Virus record (IMG/VR): IMGVR_UViG_3300033489_000042 | Location: 1 to 31,896 of that record | DNA: 31,896 bases | Direction: 5' to 3' (one strand) | From: a virus | Lineage: Duplodnaviria; Caudoviricetes | Shown: positions 7,974-16,155 of the stretch, piece by piece | Position numbering within the stretch: the stretch's first letter is position 1 | How the letters are laid out: each line of letters begins with the position of its first letter | Made by a program: the position numbers and the translations under genes | Notes under the pieces: model-generated | What the model saw: only the letters and a program-made list of their open reading frames with translations | The model's database searches: none | What the model was told of the DNA's origin: nothing

Positions 7974-9816
7974 TGCTATTGCTCTTCTGAAAAGCCGCAG
8001 GGTTGCTCTTCGTGCCGTAGGTTATCGTCTTCCACGCAACCGCAGGGTACCCCGTCCGCTTCAACCCACAGGCATTGAACGGGAATACTACGAAATAATT
8101 CTGGGTTTAATCGATCCTCTTTTTCAAAATATCAAAGAAAAACTTATTCCGGTTATCCCCGAAATTATCAGGCAGTATAAAGAGGAAATGCGAATCGATA
8201 GTGCGCATATCGATATGATAACATCGTTCGGAGAGCTTATTACCCGCACAATATCCGAAATCAGGATTAATATAGCCCTCCGGATGCCTAATATCAGTAT
8301 CCAGTCAAAGGCCAGCGATATAGCGCATAGAGTGGCCATTTTCAATAAAAATCAACTTGACCGGCAGTTTAAATCAGTGCTGGGGATCAATCCCTTGGTT
8401 TCGGAGCGATGGCTTGAGCCTCATGTTTCCGCTTTCGTGGAGAAAAACGTATCGTTGATCAAGAGTATTACGGAAGAACATCTGACGAAAATTGAACAGA
8501 TGGTCAGACACACGGTAGAAAGAGGAGTTTCTACAAGCACTCTTGAAGAAGAAATTTATGCACAATTTGAAGTAACGAATAGTAGGGCTCATCTTATTGC
8601 ACGCGATCAAATCAGTAAATATAACGGTAAATTAACTGAGCTTCGACAAACCGGGGCAGGGGTTAAGGAATATATCTGGAGCACATCAAAAGATGAACGG
8701 GTCAGATCAAGGCACGCGGCTGTTGACGGGCAAACCTTTTCGTGGAGTGAACCAGGGCCACCCGTGGGGAACAATGGGGAGCACTTGCACCCTGGGGAGG
8801 ATTTTCAGTGCATTCCTTCTGACGTGAAAATTTTAATTTTTTCTGATATAAAGAGGACGTTCAGGAGATTGTATACAGAAGAATTGACCACGATCATTAC
8901 GGATTCTGGTATATCTTTCAATGCTACACCTAATCACCCTGTATTGAGTGGTGGAATGTGGAAGGCTTTGAAGGAGTTGAATGTCGGAGATTATATTTTC
9001 AAGGCACAACTCAACCTCTCTTTTCTTTTTGAAAAGAATGTAAAAAACATGATACCCACTATTAAGGAGATCTTCGATTTTCTTTTTTTGTTGAATCCTA
9101 TTGAGAGGATTATTGGCTTCACATCTCAATTCCACGGCGATGGAACCAATAAGAATGTCGATGTTATAAGTTTTAACAACGGCTTGATGAATATATTCAA
9201 TACCTCTATCCCTCAAACTATTTGTCAGGAATTCCTCACAAAAGCCAATGTTGCCTTTATTGATCTCCCTAGCTTTGGAAATTTTTTTTCTGTGTTCAAT
9301 ACTCTTTTTTGTTCCACGGATTGCGATATGAGCTTTTTCAGTAAGCTTTTTTCTGTCATCAATACTGAGTTTACTCATTCTGATGATATTAGCTTCACTG
9401 CCATTTCTAGGCTTAATGCCATTTCGAAGGAGATGAGCTCTGATAGTATTCCTCTCTATTCCATACTTTTTGGAAACAGCGAGTTCGCTCATACCAGAAA
9501 TATAATCCCTGATAGCAGATTCTATCGGGAATTGTTTGGCATTGTAAGAAGAGCGATATTTTCTGGATATGGAGAATCCATCAGCGCGGAGTATCTTACT
9601 GAGATTACCAGCGTTGACTCTCAAAGCTCCTGCCACCTCGGAGAGAATCATCCCTTCATTATAAAGCCTCTTCGCATTGTCGAGAAGTTCAGTAGTATAT
9701 ATTCTGGCCATGTTTATAACCTCGAAACTGTTAATGGTTGGTATTCTGCCAATGATATTATCACAAAAAACTGTCGTTGTACAGCGCTTCCAGTGCTGGA
9801 TGAATTTTTAAAATAA
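7963..9816 (+). CDS. Head morphogenesis protein (Mu gpF / SPP1 gp7 family) containing an intein
   Basis: RAHLIARDQ, YIWSTSKDERVRSRH, HPGEDFQ|...|CRCTALPV; the family's terminal HPG-x4-CRC motif is interrupted by a 321-aa insert. Confidence 0.92.
   Translation: MPNNAIALLKSRRVALRAVGYRLPRNRRVPRPLQPTGIEREYYEIILGLIDPLFQNIKEKLIPVIPEIIRQYKEEMRIDSAHIDMITSFGELITRTISEIRINIALRMPNISIQSKASDIAHRVAIFNKNQLDRQFKSVLGINPLVSERWLEPHVSAFVEKNVSLIKSITEEHLTKIEQMVRHTVERGVSTSTLEEEIYAQFEVTNSRAHLIARDQISKYNGKLTELRQTGAGVKEYIWSTSKDERVRSRHAAVDGQTFSWSEPGPPVGNNGEHLHPGEDFQCIPSDVKILIFSDIKRTFRRLYTEELTTIITDSGISFNATPNHPVLSGGMWKALKELNVGDYIFKAQLNLSFLFEKNVKNMIPTIKEIFDFLFLLNPIERIIGFTSQFHGDGTNKNVDVISFNNGLMNIFNTSIPQTICQEFLTKANVAFIDLPSFGNFFSVFNTLFCSTDCDMSFFSKLFSVINTEFTHSDDISFTAISRLNAISKEMSSDSIPLYSILFGNSEFAHTRNIIPDSRFYRELFGIVRRAIFSGYGESISAEYLTEITSVDSQSSCHLGENHPFIIKPLRIVEKFSSIYSGHVYNLETVNGWYSANDIITKNCRCTALPVLDEFLK
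8809..9771 (+). mobile_element. Intein (Hint domain), 321 aa
   Basis: Begins C-I-P-S-D (block A), ATPNHPVL (block B TxxH), WKALKELNVGDYI, YSGHVYNLET (block F), ends ITKN followed by +1 Cys; removal restores HPGEDFQCRC. Confidence 0.9.
8833..9711 (-). CDS. Putative homing endonuclease (tandem HTH + NUMOD3-like + Vsr/DUF559-like PD-(D/E)xK domain) encoded antisense inside the intein
   Basis: Two HTH-like units (YNEGMILSEVAGALRVN; YISGMSELAVSKKYGIERNTIRAHL), RGTKKSIEHRKKISKAR, and EEFLTNSLRDRGIEYIHQ...YNIDILIGSIAVEL...LLNSGYHVFYI; GAGGT SD 7 nt upstream; basic composition. Confidence 0.8.
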   Translation of the reverse strand: MARIYTTELLDNAKRLYNEGMILSEVAGALRVNAGNLSKILRADGFSISRKYRSSYNAKQFPIESAIRDYISGMSELAVSKKYGIERNTIRAHLLRNGIKPRNGSEANIIRMSKLSIDDRKKLTEKAHIAIRGTKKSIEHRKKISKAREINKGNIGFCEEFLTNSLRDRGIEYIHQAVVKTYNIDILIGSIAVELRCEANNPLNRIQQKKKIEDLLNSGYHVFYILFKKKREVELCLENIISDIQLLQSLPHSTTQYRVIRCSIERYTRIRNDRGQFFCIQSPERPLYIRKN

Positions 9817-9826
9817 AAGGGAAAAA

Positions 9827-10024
9827 ATGGCCGTAATCAACGGGATTCGAGCGATAGCAATATACCTGCAGGTGTCGGAAGTCACGGTGCGTGAATATAT
9901 CGAAAAGTATGGTCTTCCGATTCGCAAGATCGGCAATGCGCAGAATGCGCCGGTGATTACTACGAGTGAAATGGTAGATGTTTGGGTGCGCGATGGATTG
10001 CTGGATTTAAAAATGAAAGGTTAA
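9827..10024 (+). CDS. Small Xis/MerR-like helix-turn-helix DNA-binding protein
   Basis: GIRAIAIYLQVSEVTVREYIEKYGLPIRKIG...VDVWV pattern. Confidence 0.8.
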   Translation: MAVINGIRAIAIYLQVSEVTVREYIEKYGLPIRKIGNAQNAPVITTSEMVDVWVRDGLLDLKMKG

Positions 10025-10623
10025 AACCCATTTATTCTTTCTTTGAACATTTTTATCATTTTTTTCTTTGCCGATAAATCAGTATATATTAAGTAAAAAG
10101 TTATTATTTTTGTTTCTCCTATCATAAAATTAGGGCATTCTTCACTCTGAAGCCCAATCAAAATCAAGTCGACTGTTTTTGACTTTGGTTTTTTATTTAT
10201 GGCCATATCGCCTAATTTTTGCATAAAATGAAAATTTGACTCTCCAAGTGGACTGTTTAGCATGTCAACATTGCTGGTATCAAATTTCCCAAATCGTTTT
10301 TCTACCGTTTTTAAAATTATCTTAAAGTCATTGATTATTATCTTCTTTTCGCTATTCAGGTTTTCAGCATTAATTTTGTATTCTTTAGCAAATGATAATG
10401 CCCTTATGATATGATTTTTGTCTGTTTCAATTTCTACAAAATCAAAGAATTTAACATTGTTGACTTGATATAGATGATCGAGTACTTTTTTCTTATCTTG
10501 GTCTTCGTATTTTGGGTAATCCTTAAAAATTTCCCCAAGTTCAAAGCCAACGATATTTTCATTACCAACGCATATTGACGGAATAATAATAAACAATATC
10601 AATATAATAACCTTGTTTTTCAT
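10021..10623 (-). CDS. AT-rich exported hypothetical protein (moron-like)
   Basis: MKNK plus a hydrophobic N-terminus; opposite strand to the head genes; visibly lower GC than its neighbours. Confidence 0.75.
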   Translation of the reverse strand: MKNKVIILILFIIIPSICVGNENIVGFELGEIFKDYPKYEDQDKKKVLDHLYQVNNVKFFDFVEIETDKNHIIRALSFAKEYKINAENLNSEKKIIINDFKIILKTVEKRFGKFDTSNVDMLNSPLGESNFHFMQKLGDMAINKKPKSKTVDLILIGLQSEECPNFMIGETKIITFYLIYTDLSAKKKMIKMFKERINGF

Positions 10624-10710
10624 TTTTGCCCCTCATAATAATATAATAACTATCCATAATCTCAATATAAAGACGCAGCAAAACACACTTCTATTATTTT
10701 GTCAATATCC

Positions 10711-10754
10711 AAAAGTTCTATAAAAGTTCTATAAAAGTTCTACAAAAGTTCTTA
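10711..10754 (+). repeat. Four tandem 11-bp direct repeats (AAAAGTTCTAT-like) upstream of the capsid operon
   Basis: aaaagttctat, aaaagttctat, aaaagttctac, aaaagttctta; followed by TGgTATTTT (10772-10780), an extended -10-like element. Confidence 0.85.
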
Positions 10755-10816
10755 CCTTCTCAAAATCTTCATGGTATTTTCTCTATACAATAACTGAAAT
10801 TGAAGGGGTTAACAAA

Positions 10817-12208
10817 ATGCCAATTCCAAAACCACACTCAAATGAAAAAGAGCAGGAGTTTATCAGCCGTTTTATGGCCGATCCTGTGATGAACCATGAA
10901 TACCCTAATCAGGAAAAGCGGGCAGCTATTGCTTACTCAACCTGGAAAGAAGCCCATAAAGATACCATTCCCTCCGCACAAAGAACGCTCACTTTCCGTA
11001 TTGATGAAATCAAAGAAGATAAAACCGCACTCACTTCTGAAGGATATTTGATATGCAAAGCCAGGCCGACCAGAACGGGGATATTTGATTACATCCACGA
11101 CGGAAAACTCGTCAGGGAGTACCGCCCACCAGAAGAGGTCTTTTCTCAGGCTTCACTGGATTCTCTCAAATTGCAACCAGTAACCTACTATCACCCTGAT
11201 GAGATGGTGACGGCAGAAAATATTAAAGCTCACCAGGCAGGGACTACCGGCCAGGATATTATCCGTGAAGGCGATTTTGTAGCCTGTACCATCAAGGTAA
11301 CGGATAAGACGGCAGTTAAAAACATTCTCGATTGGCACAAAGCCGGCCGTCCGGTAGAGCTTTCCTGCGGATATGATGCTGACACAGAGTCTATTTCAGG
11401 AGAGCATCCAAGGGAGGGCCATTACGACGCGATTCAAAAAAACATCAGATACAATCATGTTTCTATTGTGGATCAAGGCCGGGCAGGTCAGGGAGCGCGG
11501 CTGATATTGGATAACAAACAGAATGGAGGGCCAAAAATGGCTAAATTCAAAAAGAAGGAGATCAAGCTTGATGGGTTCCATATGGACGAAATCAATGTCG
11601 AGATCGCCGATGATTCATTTTCTACGGTCGAACGCCTTGGAGATAAGCTGGATGAAGCCGCCAGTGTAATTCAGATACAGGCGGTAAAGTTGGCTGAATC
11701 CCAAAAAAAACTTGACGAGGCGAAAGCCGAAGTCGAGAAGCAGAAAGAAAATGGCAAAAAATTGGATGCTGTTCAGGCGAAATTTGATCAAACCGCAGAA
11801 GAATTAAAAAAGGCAAAGATCGATGTCACCGAGCTTTCCAATATGGATTCTCCACGGATTCAGGGGATGCTCAAGGCCAAGACCGTGCTCGAAGCCACCG
11901 CCAATAAGCTCAAGGTTGATCATAAAGGCAAAACCCCAAAGGATATCAAGGTGGCGATCATCAAGGCTATGTCCCCTGATTTTAATCATGAAGGGCGGTC
12001 GGATGATTACATCAATGCACGATATGACAGTGTGGTCGAAGTGCTCGATCAGGCGGGAAAAGATGTGAATAACTCCTCGCTTGGAATGTTTATTAAAGAT
12101 GCCCACAATAATCAAAACCAGGGGCCGAAAGATTATCGTGCAGAATGGATCGAAAAGACCCGGTTTGATGCCATGAATAAATCTACGGCAAGTGGAGGTG
12201 TGGTCTAA
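10817..12208 (+). CDS. DUF2213-like prohead protease/scaffold
   Basis: TSEGYL...RTGIFDY, YRPPEEVFS..SLDS, ELSCGY, IRYNHVSIVDQGRAG; coiled-coil C-terminal half. Confidence 0.9.
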   Translation: MPIPKPHSNEKEQEFISRFMADPVMNHEYPNQEKRAAIAYSTWKEAHKDTIPSAQRTLTFRIDEIKEDKTALTSEGYLICKARPTRTGIFDYIHDGKLVREYRPPEEVFSQASLDSLKLQPVTYYHPDEMVTAENIKAHQAGTTGQDIIREGDFVACTIKVTDKTAVKNILDWHKAGRPVELSCGYDADTESISGEHPREGHYDAIQKNIRYNHVSIVDQGRAGQGARLILDNKQNGGPKMAKFKKKEIKLDGFHMDEINVEIADDSFSTVERLGDKLDEAASVIQIQAVKLAESQKKLDEAKAEVEKQKENGKKLDAVQAKFDQTAEELKKAKIDVTELSNMDSPRIQGMLKAKTVLEATANKLKVDHKGKTPKDIKVAIIKAMSPDFNHEGRSDDYINARYDSVVEVLDQAGKDVNNSSLGMFIKDAHNNQNQGPKDYRAEWIEKTRFDAMNKSTASGGVV

Positions 12209-12990
12209 TGCAAATTTCAGTAAATGATAGTATGGTTATTGGCCTTCCCGGTCAATTGGCCGATATCGGCAATAACGAAATTGAAACATTCACTAATGGC
12301 TCCATGCAATTAGATGAAGTGACTATTACCGCCGCAAATCTGGCTACCACGCTCACTATTGACGGGACCGCCGTTACGGTTAATTCAGGCGCAGAGGTCA
12401 AAACTACGGTCGAGCTTGCTGCTATGCTTTTGGCCGCCGTCAATCTGGCCGGTCTTGGCGTTACCGCTTCCGCCGGATCGACTACGAGCAAAATATATGT
12501 TCGGGCTGATGTTCATGGAACCGGATTTACGGCTGTCGGGACTACAAACTGTTCAGTAGCCCATAAAGTGCTGAACGAATCAACCATTCCTTTTGGTATA
12601 TTGGTAGTGCGCGATACCTGGAGCGGATTGCAAAAAAGCGCTCATCTTCCTTCTCTCACTGCTGAGATTACTACTATCACTACATGTCTTGGAGTAACGG
12701 TTCATTCTCATGCCAATGAGCAGGCAAGGGATAATGCCGACAATCCAGGTTATGCGGCCAACTCTGCAATGAGTATTCTTCGTAAGGGCCGGATATATGT
12801 ACGGGTAGAAAGCGCCGTAACCGCAGGAAGCATTCCATATGTGAGATTTTCTGCCGAGGCTACGGAGCAGCTTGGGGCATTTCGACATGATGCAGACACA
12901 TCCGATGCGGTAGCTTTACCTCATTCACTTTTTGAGTCCGGCGCAGCCGCAGGCGGGATTGCTCTTTTAAACCTTGGCACATTAGTGTAG
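12208..12990 (+). CDS. Head decoration / capsid cement protein
   Basis: Lies between scaffold and capsid genes; GLPGQLAD, IPFGILVV, SILRKGRIYV motifs. Confidence 0.75.
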   Translation: MQISVNDSMVIGLPGQLADIGNNEIETFTNGSMQLDEVTITAANLATTLTIDGTAVTVNSGAEVKTTVELAAMLLAAVNLAGLGVTASAGSTTSKIYVRADVHGTGFTAVGTTNCSVAHKVLNESTIPFGILVVRDTWSGLQKSAHLPSLTAEITTITTCLGVTVHSHANEQARDNADNPGYAANSAMSILRKGRIYVRVESAVTAGSIPYVRFSAEATEQLGAFRHDADTSDAVALPHSLFESGAAAGGIALLNLGTLV

Positions 12991-13004
12991 GGGAGGTGAT
13001 ATAG

Positions 13005-13970
13005 ATGGCTATCAGATTTGATGCAATACGGGATTTTTTTCAGGCAATCGGGCATCGGTTCGATGCTAATGAAACGATCTTTTTTCAGCGCGAGTTGGAA
13101 AATATTGAGGCAAAAGCCTATGAGTTCAAGGAACGCGAATTAAAACATCGGAAGTTTGTACCGGTCAGCGGACGTGATAATCCAGGGGCTGAGACTATTA
13201 CCTACCGTATGTTCGGCAGGGTCGGTATGGCCAGGATCGTCGGCAATTATGCCCAGGACCTGCCGAGAGCAGATGTGTACGGGAAAGAGTATACCCAGGC
13301 CGTAAAAACAGTAGCTACTTCTTGCGGATGGAATACCCAGGAGATCAGGGCCGCACTTATGGCTAATCGACCGCTTGATACCATGAAAATGGACGCCGCA
13401 CGCAGGGCCATGAACGAGGAGCAGGATAGTATCGTTTGGAACGGCAACGATGAATATAATATCATCGGTCTGCTCAATAACCCCAATATACCAGTTTTGG
13501 GCTGTGCCACAGGAATAGGTGGATACACCTGGGTTGAAAAAACGCCTGATGAAATTATCACCGATGTTCAGGCAATGACCACGCGGGTGAGTATTCAAAG
13601 TAATGGAATACATCGGGCCGATACAGTGCTTTTGCCAAGGGCTCAGTACGATATCCTTTCAACCTATCCAAGATCAACCCATTCGGATATGACTATCCGC
13701 GAATATCTGACAAAACCAGGGAATTCTTTTGGCCTGACCACTATCGACTGCCTTGAGGTTGAATTAGACAATGCATTCACGGGCGGGACTGAAGACGGCG
13801 CCATTTGTTATGAAAGGTCTCCTGAAGTACTTGAACAGCGTATCCCGCTTGAAATACAACTTCTTCCCGTGCAGGCCAGGGGGCTTGAATTTCTTATTCC
13901 CTGCGAATCCCGTCATGGCGGAGTAGTAGTCCGGTATCCTTTGGGTATGTTATTTTTTACAGGGATTTAA
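13005..13970 (+). CDS. Major capsid protein (DUF2184-like, HK97 fold)
   Basis: FFQRELENIE, DLPRAD, GLLNNPN, WVEKTPDEIITD, GGVVVRYP; size and synteny. Confidence 0.9.
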   Translation: MAIRFDAIRDFFQAIGHRFDANETIFFQRELENIEAKAYEFKERELKHRKFVPVSGRDNPGAETITYRMFGRVGMARIVGNYAQDLPRADVYGKEYTQAVKTVATSCGWNTQEIRAALMANRPLDTMKMDAARRAMNEEQDSIVWNGNDEYNIIGLLNNPNIPVLGCATGIGGYTWVEKTPDEIITDVQAMTTRVSIQSNGIHRADTVLLPRAQYDILSTYPRSTHSDMTIREYLTKPGNSFGLTTIDCLEVELDNAFTGGTEDGAICYERSPEVLEQRIPLEIQLLPVQARGLEFLIPCESRHGGVVVRYPLGMLFFTGI

Positions 13971-13984
13971 GGAAGGGAGGATCT

Positions 13985-14422
13985 ATGTACATTTTGTATG
14001 GAGGGGCAAATATGTTGACCCTGCCTTATGTAGTTGATGGGAAGAAAAAAGAAGTTACCTTCCTCCCAGGAAAAAATGAAGTTCGTACTGAGGATTGGAA
14101 AGCTCTTTATGCTCAGCATGAGGAACGATTCCGGAATCATTATCTGAAACTGATCAGAGTATTTCAACCAAAAACTGAGGCCATTGTACTCAAGGGTGAT
14201 ATTTCGGTTCCGGTCGAAGTGGGAGTTGAATCGGTCGATTTTATATCTCTTAGCATTCCTTCTGCTATTGATTTAATTGAAAATACAATGGAGCCGGAAG
14301 AATTGGAAGAATATCTGACAATCGAGAAGGCACAGGAACGACCACGGAAGTTGGTAGTGAAAGCGCTCAAGGAAAAAATCGGGTTGATCGAGCAAATTGA
14401 TAAGGACAGGAAAAGTAAATAG
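13985..14422 (+). CDS. Hypothetical protein following the capsid gene
   Basis: Strong SD (GGAGG); synteny only. Confidence 0.75.
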   Translation: MYILYGGANMLTLPYVVDGKKKEVTFLPGKNEVRTEDWKALYAQHEERFRNHYLKLIRVFQPKTEAIVLKGDISVPVEVGVESVDFISLSIPSAIDLIENTMEPEELEEYLTIEKAQERPRKLVVKALKEKIGLIEQIDKDRKSK

Positions 14423-14437
14423 AGAGGATAATCAAAA

Positions 14438-14794
14438 ATGGCTAACACTACCCAGGACAATGTTCTGGCAATTGCGGCAGAGCTGGACAATATCTCTCCT
14501 GATGCATGGACATTGATACTGAGTGATGTGGCTAATGAAATTTCTTCATCGATTTACGGTTCAAAACAGGAGCGGGCGCAGCGGTATCTGGCAGCGCATT
14601 ACCTGACGCTTATAGCGGCAAGCAGCAAACAAGCTGCCGGGCTGGTGTCAGCAGAGAGTGCCGGTCAGGTATCGGTAAGTTACGCTCAAGTAAATTATCG
14701 CGATCGCAACCGGTATGATGAAACCAGCTACGGCCAGATATTCAATCAGATCCGCCGTAGTTGCGTGATTCCGTTTATGGTGTATACGCCATGA
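14438..14794 (+). CDS. Head-tail adaptor (DUF4054-like)
   Basis: YLAAHYL, SAGQVSVSY, TSYGQIF motifs. Confidence 0.85.
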   Translation: MANTTQDNVLAIAAELDNISPDAWTLILSDVANEISSSIYGSKQERAQRYLAAHYLTLIAASSKQAAGLVSAESAGQVSVSYAQVNYRDRNRYDETSYGQIFNQIRRSCVIPFMVYTP

Positions 14795-15279
14795 TAAAGG
14801 TCAAAATTGACATCAGGGATAACCGTAAGGATTGGGATAGTATGGTCAATGCAGTTATGGGGATGTCGGTTAAAGGTGGAAATGCTGTAGATGTGGGTCT
14901 TTTCGGTGAGCAGGGCAGTGATCTGGTGGAATATGCGAGCAAAAATGAATTCGGAGATCCAACTAATTTTTTTCATGGGCATCTTGCACCAATACCACCC
15001 AGGCCATTTATCAGGCTGACTTTTGATGATCAAAAAGATAGGCTTCAGGAAAAAATTGATAAAGCTAAACTTGATGTTATTCTAGGCAAGATTAATAAGG
15101 ATATTTTCCTTAATCGTCTAGGGCTTTTTTTTCAAAAGTGCATTGTGGAAAAAATTGACAAGTCTCCTGAATGGGCAATAGAGAATGCACCGTCTACCAA
15201 AATTGCTAAAGGAAGCTCACATCCGCTTATCGATTCCGGACGTATGCGGCAATCCATCACGCATAGGATAGTCAAATGA
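14791..15279 (+). CDS. Neck / tail-completion protein
   Basis: NEFG...IPPRPFIR, NAPSTKIAKGSSHPLIDSGRMRQSI; ATGA overlap with the upstream gene. Confidence 0.85.
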   Translation: MIKVKIDIRDNRKDWDSMVNAVMGMSVKGGNAVDVGLFGEQGSDLVEYASKNEFGDPTNFFHGHLAPIPPRPFIRLTFDDQKDRLQEKIDKAKLDVILGKINKDIFLNRLGLFFQKCIVEKIDKSPEWAIENAPSTKIAKGSSHPLIDSGRMRQSITHRIVK

Positions 15280-15599
15280 GCCTTCTGGATGCTGAAATTA
15301 TTACGATCAAGCGCCGTACTACAGGCTCCTATGTACAGGGTCATTATGTTGATGGAACCGAATCATCATCCGCGATCAATGCTAATGTTCAACCCTTGAC
15401 CGGTAAGGAGATTCTGCAACTTATCGAAGCTGATCGAATACGGGAAAGCTTGAAAATATTGACGGTTTCGGAAATCAGGGTAAATGATACCGTGGTTAGA
15501 GGCGGAAAGAATTATGAGGTTCAGAAGATAGCCGATTTCTCCGGCAGTACCATACTTCCTCATTATGAGGCTGTTATGCTGCTGATCGAAGGGCAATAA
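15276..15599 (+). CDS. Head closure / stopper-like protein
   Basis: GSYVQGHYV, ANVQPLTG, beta-rich; synteny. Confidence 0.75.
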   Translation: MSLLDAEIITIKRRTTGSYVQGHYVDGTESSSAINANVQPLTGKEILQLIEADRIRESLKILTVSEIRVNDTVVRGGKNYEVQKIADFSGSTILPHYEAVMLLIEGQ

Positions 15600-15600
15600 A

Positions 15601-16140
15601 TTGTACTGGCTAGACGAGGCAAAAGAGCTTGCCCTATACAATTGGGTATCATCAAAACTTGGTATTGCCACGATATGGGATAAGTCGAATGCTCCACGGC
15701 CCGCGCTTCCTTATGCCACACTTAATTTTTCATCCGGGGTCAGGAGCGAAGGGAACCCTGAAGAGCTATATAAAGGACTTGATACCTTTTCTTATCCTCT
15801 TCGGAAGATTATAACCTTGACCGTGCAGGTTTTTGCTGAAAATGCTCATCTTGCCTATATTGACAGCCTGATTAACTCTTTGGCCATGCCCACGGTGCAA
15901 GATTCGATACGTGCAGCCGGATTCGCCATTAGGGGGCACTCTGACCCGATGGATATTTCCAGATTGCTTGATACTAAGTTTGAGCTTCGGGCAGCAGTTG
16001 ACTTTTTCTTTGCCTATGCGATCGAAGCTGATGATATACCAGGAGAGATTCAGTATGTGACCATAACAGAGGGTGTTTTTAGTGCTGATGGAGTAATTGA
16101 TACCTATATTTTCAATGATTTGGATATTGATGCCACCTAA
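15601..16140 (+). CDS. Tail terminator-like neck protein
   Basis: NAPRPALPYAT motif; immediately before the sheath gene. Confidence 0.7.
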   Translation: MYWLDEAKELALYNWVSSKLGIATIWDKSNAPRPALPYATLNFSSGVRSEGNPEELYKGLDTFSYPLRKIITLTVQVFAENAHLAYIDSLINSLAMPTVQDSIRAAGFAIRGHSDPMDISRLLDTKFELRAAVDFFFAYAIEADDIPGEIQYVTITEGVFSADGVIDTYIFNDLDIDAT

Positions 16141-16155
16141 AAGGAGGTGTTTTAA

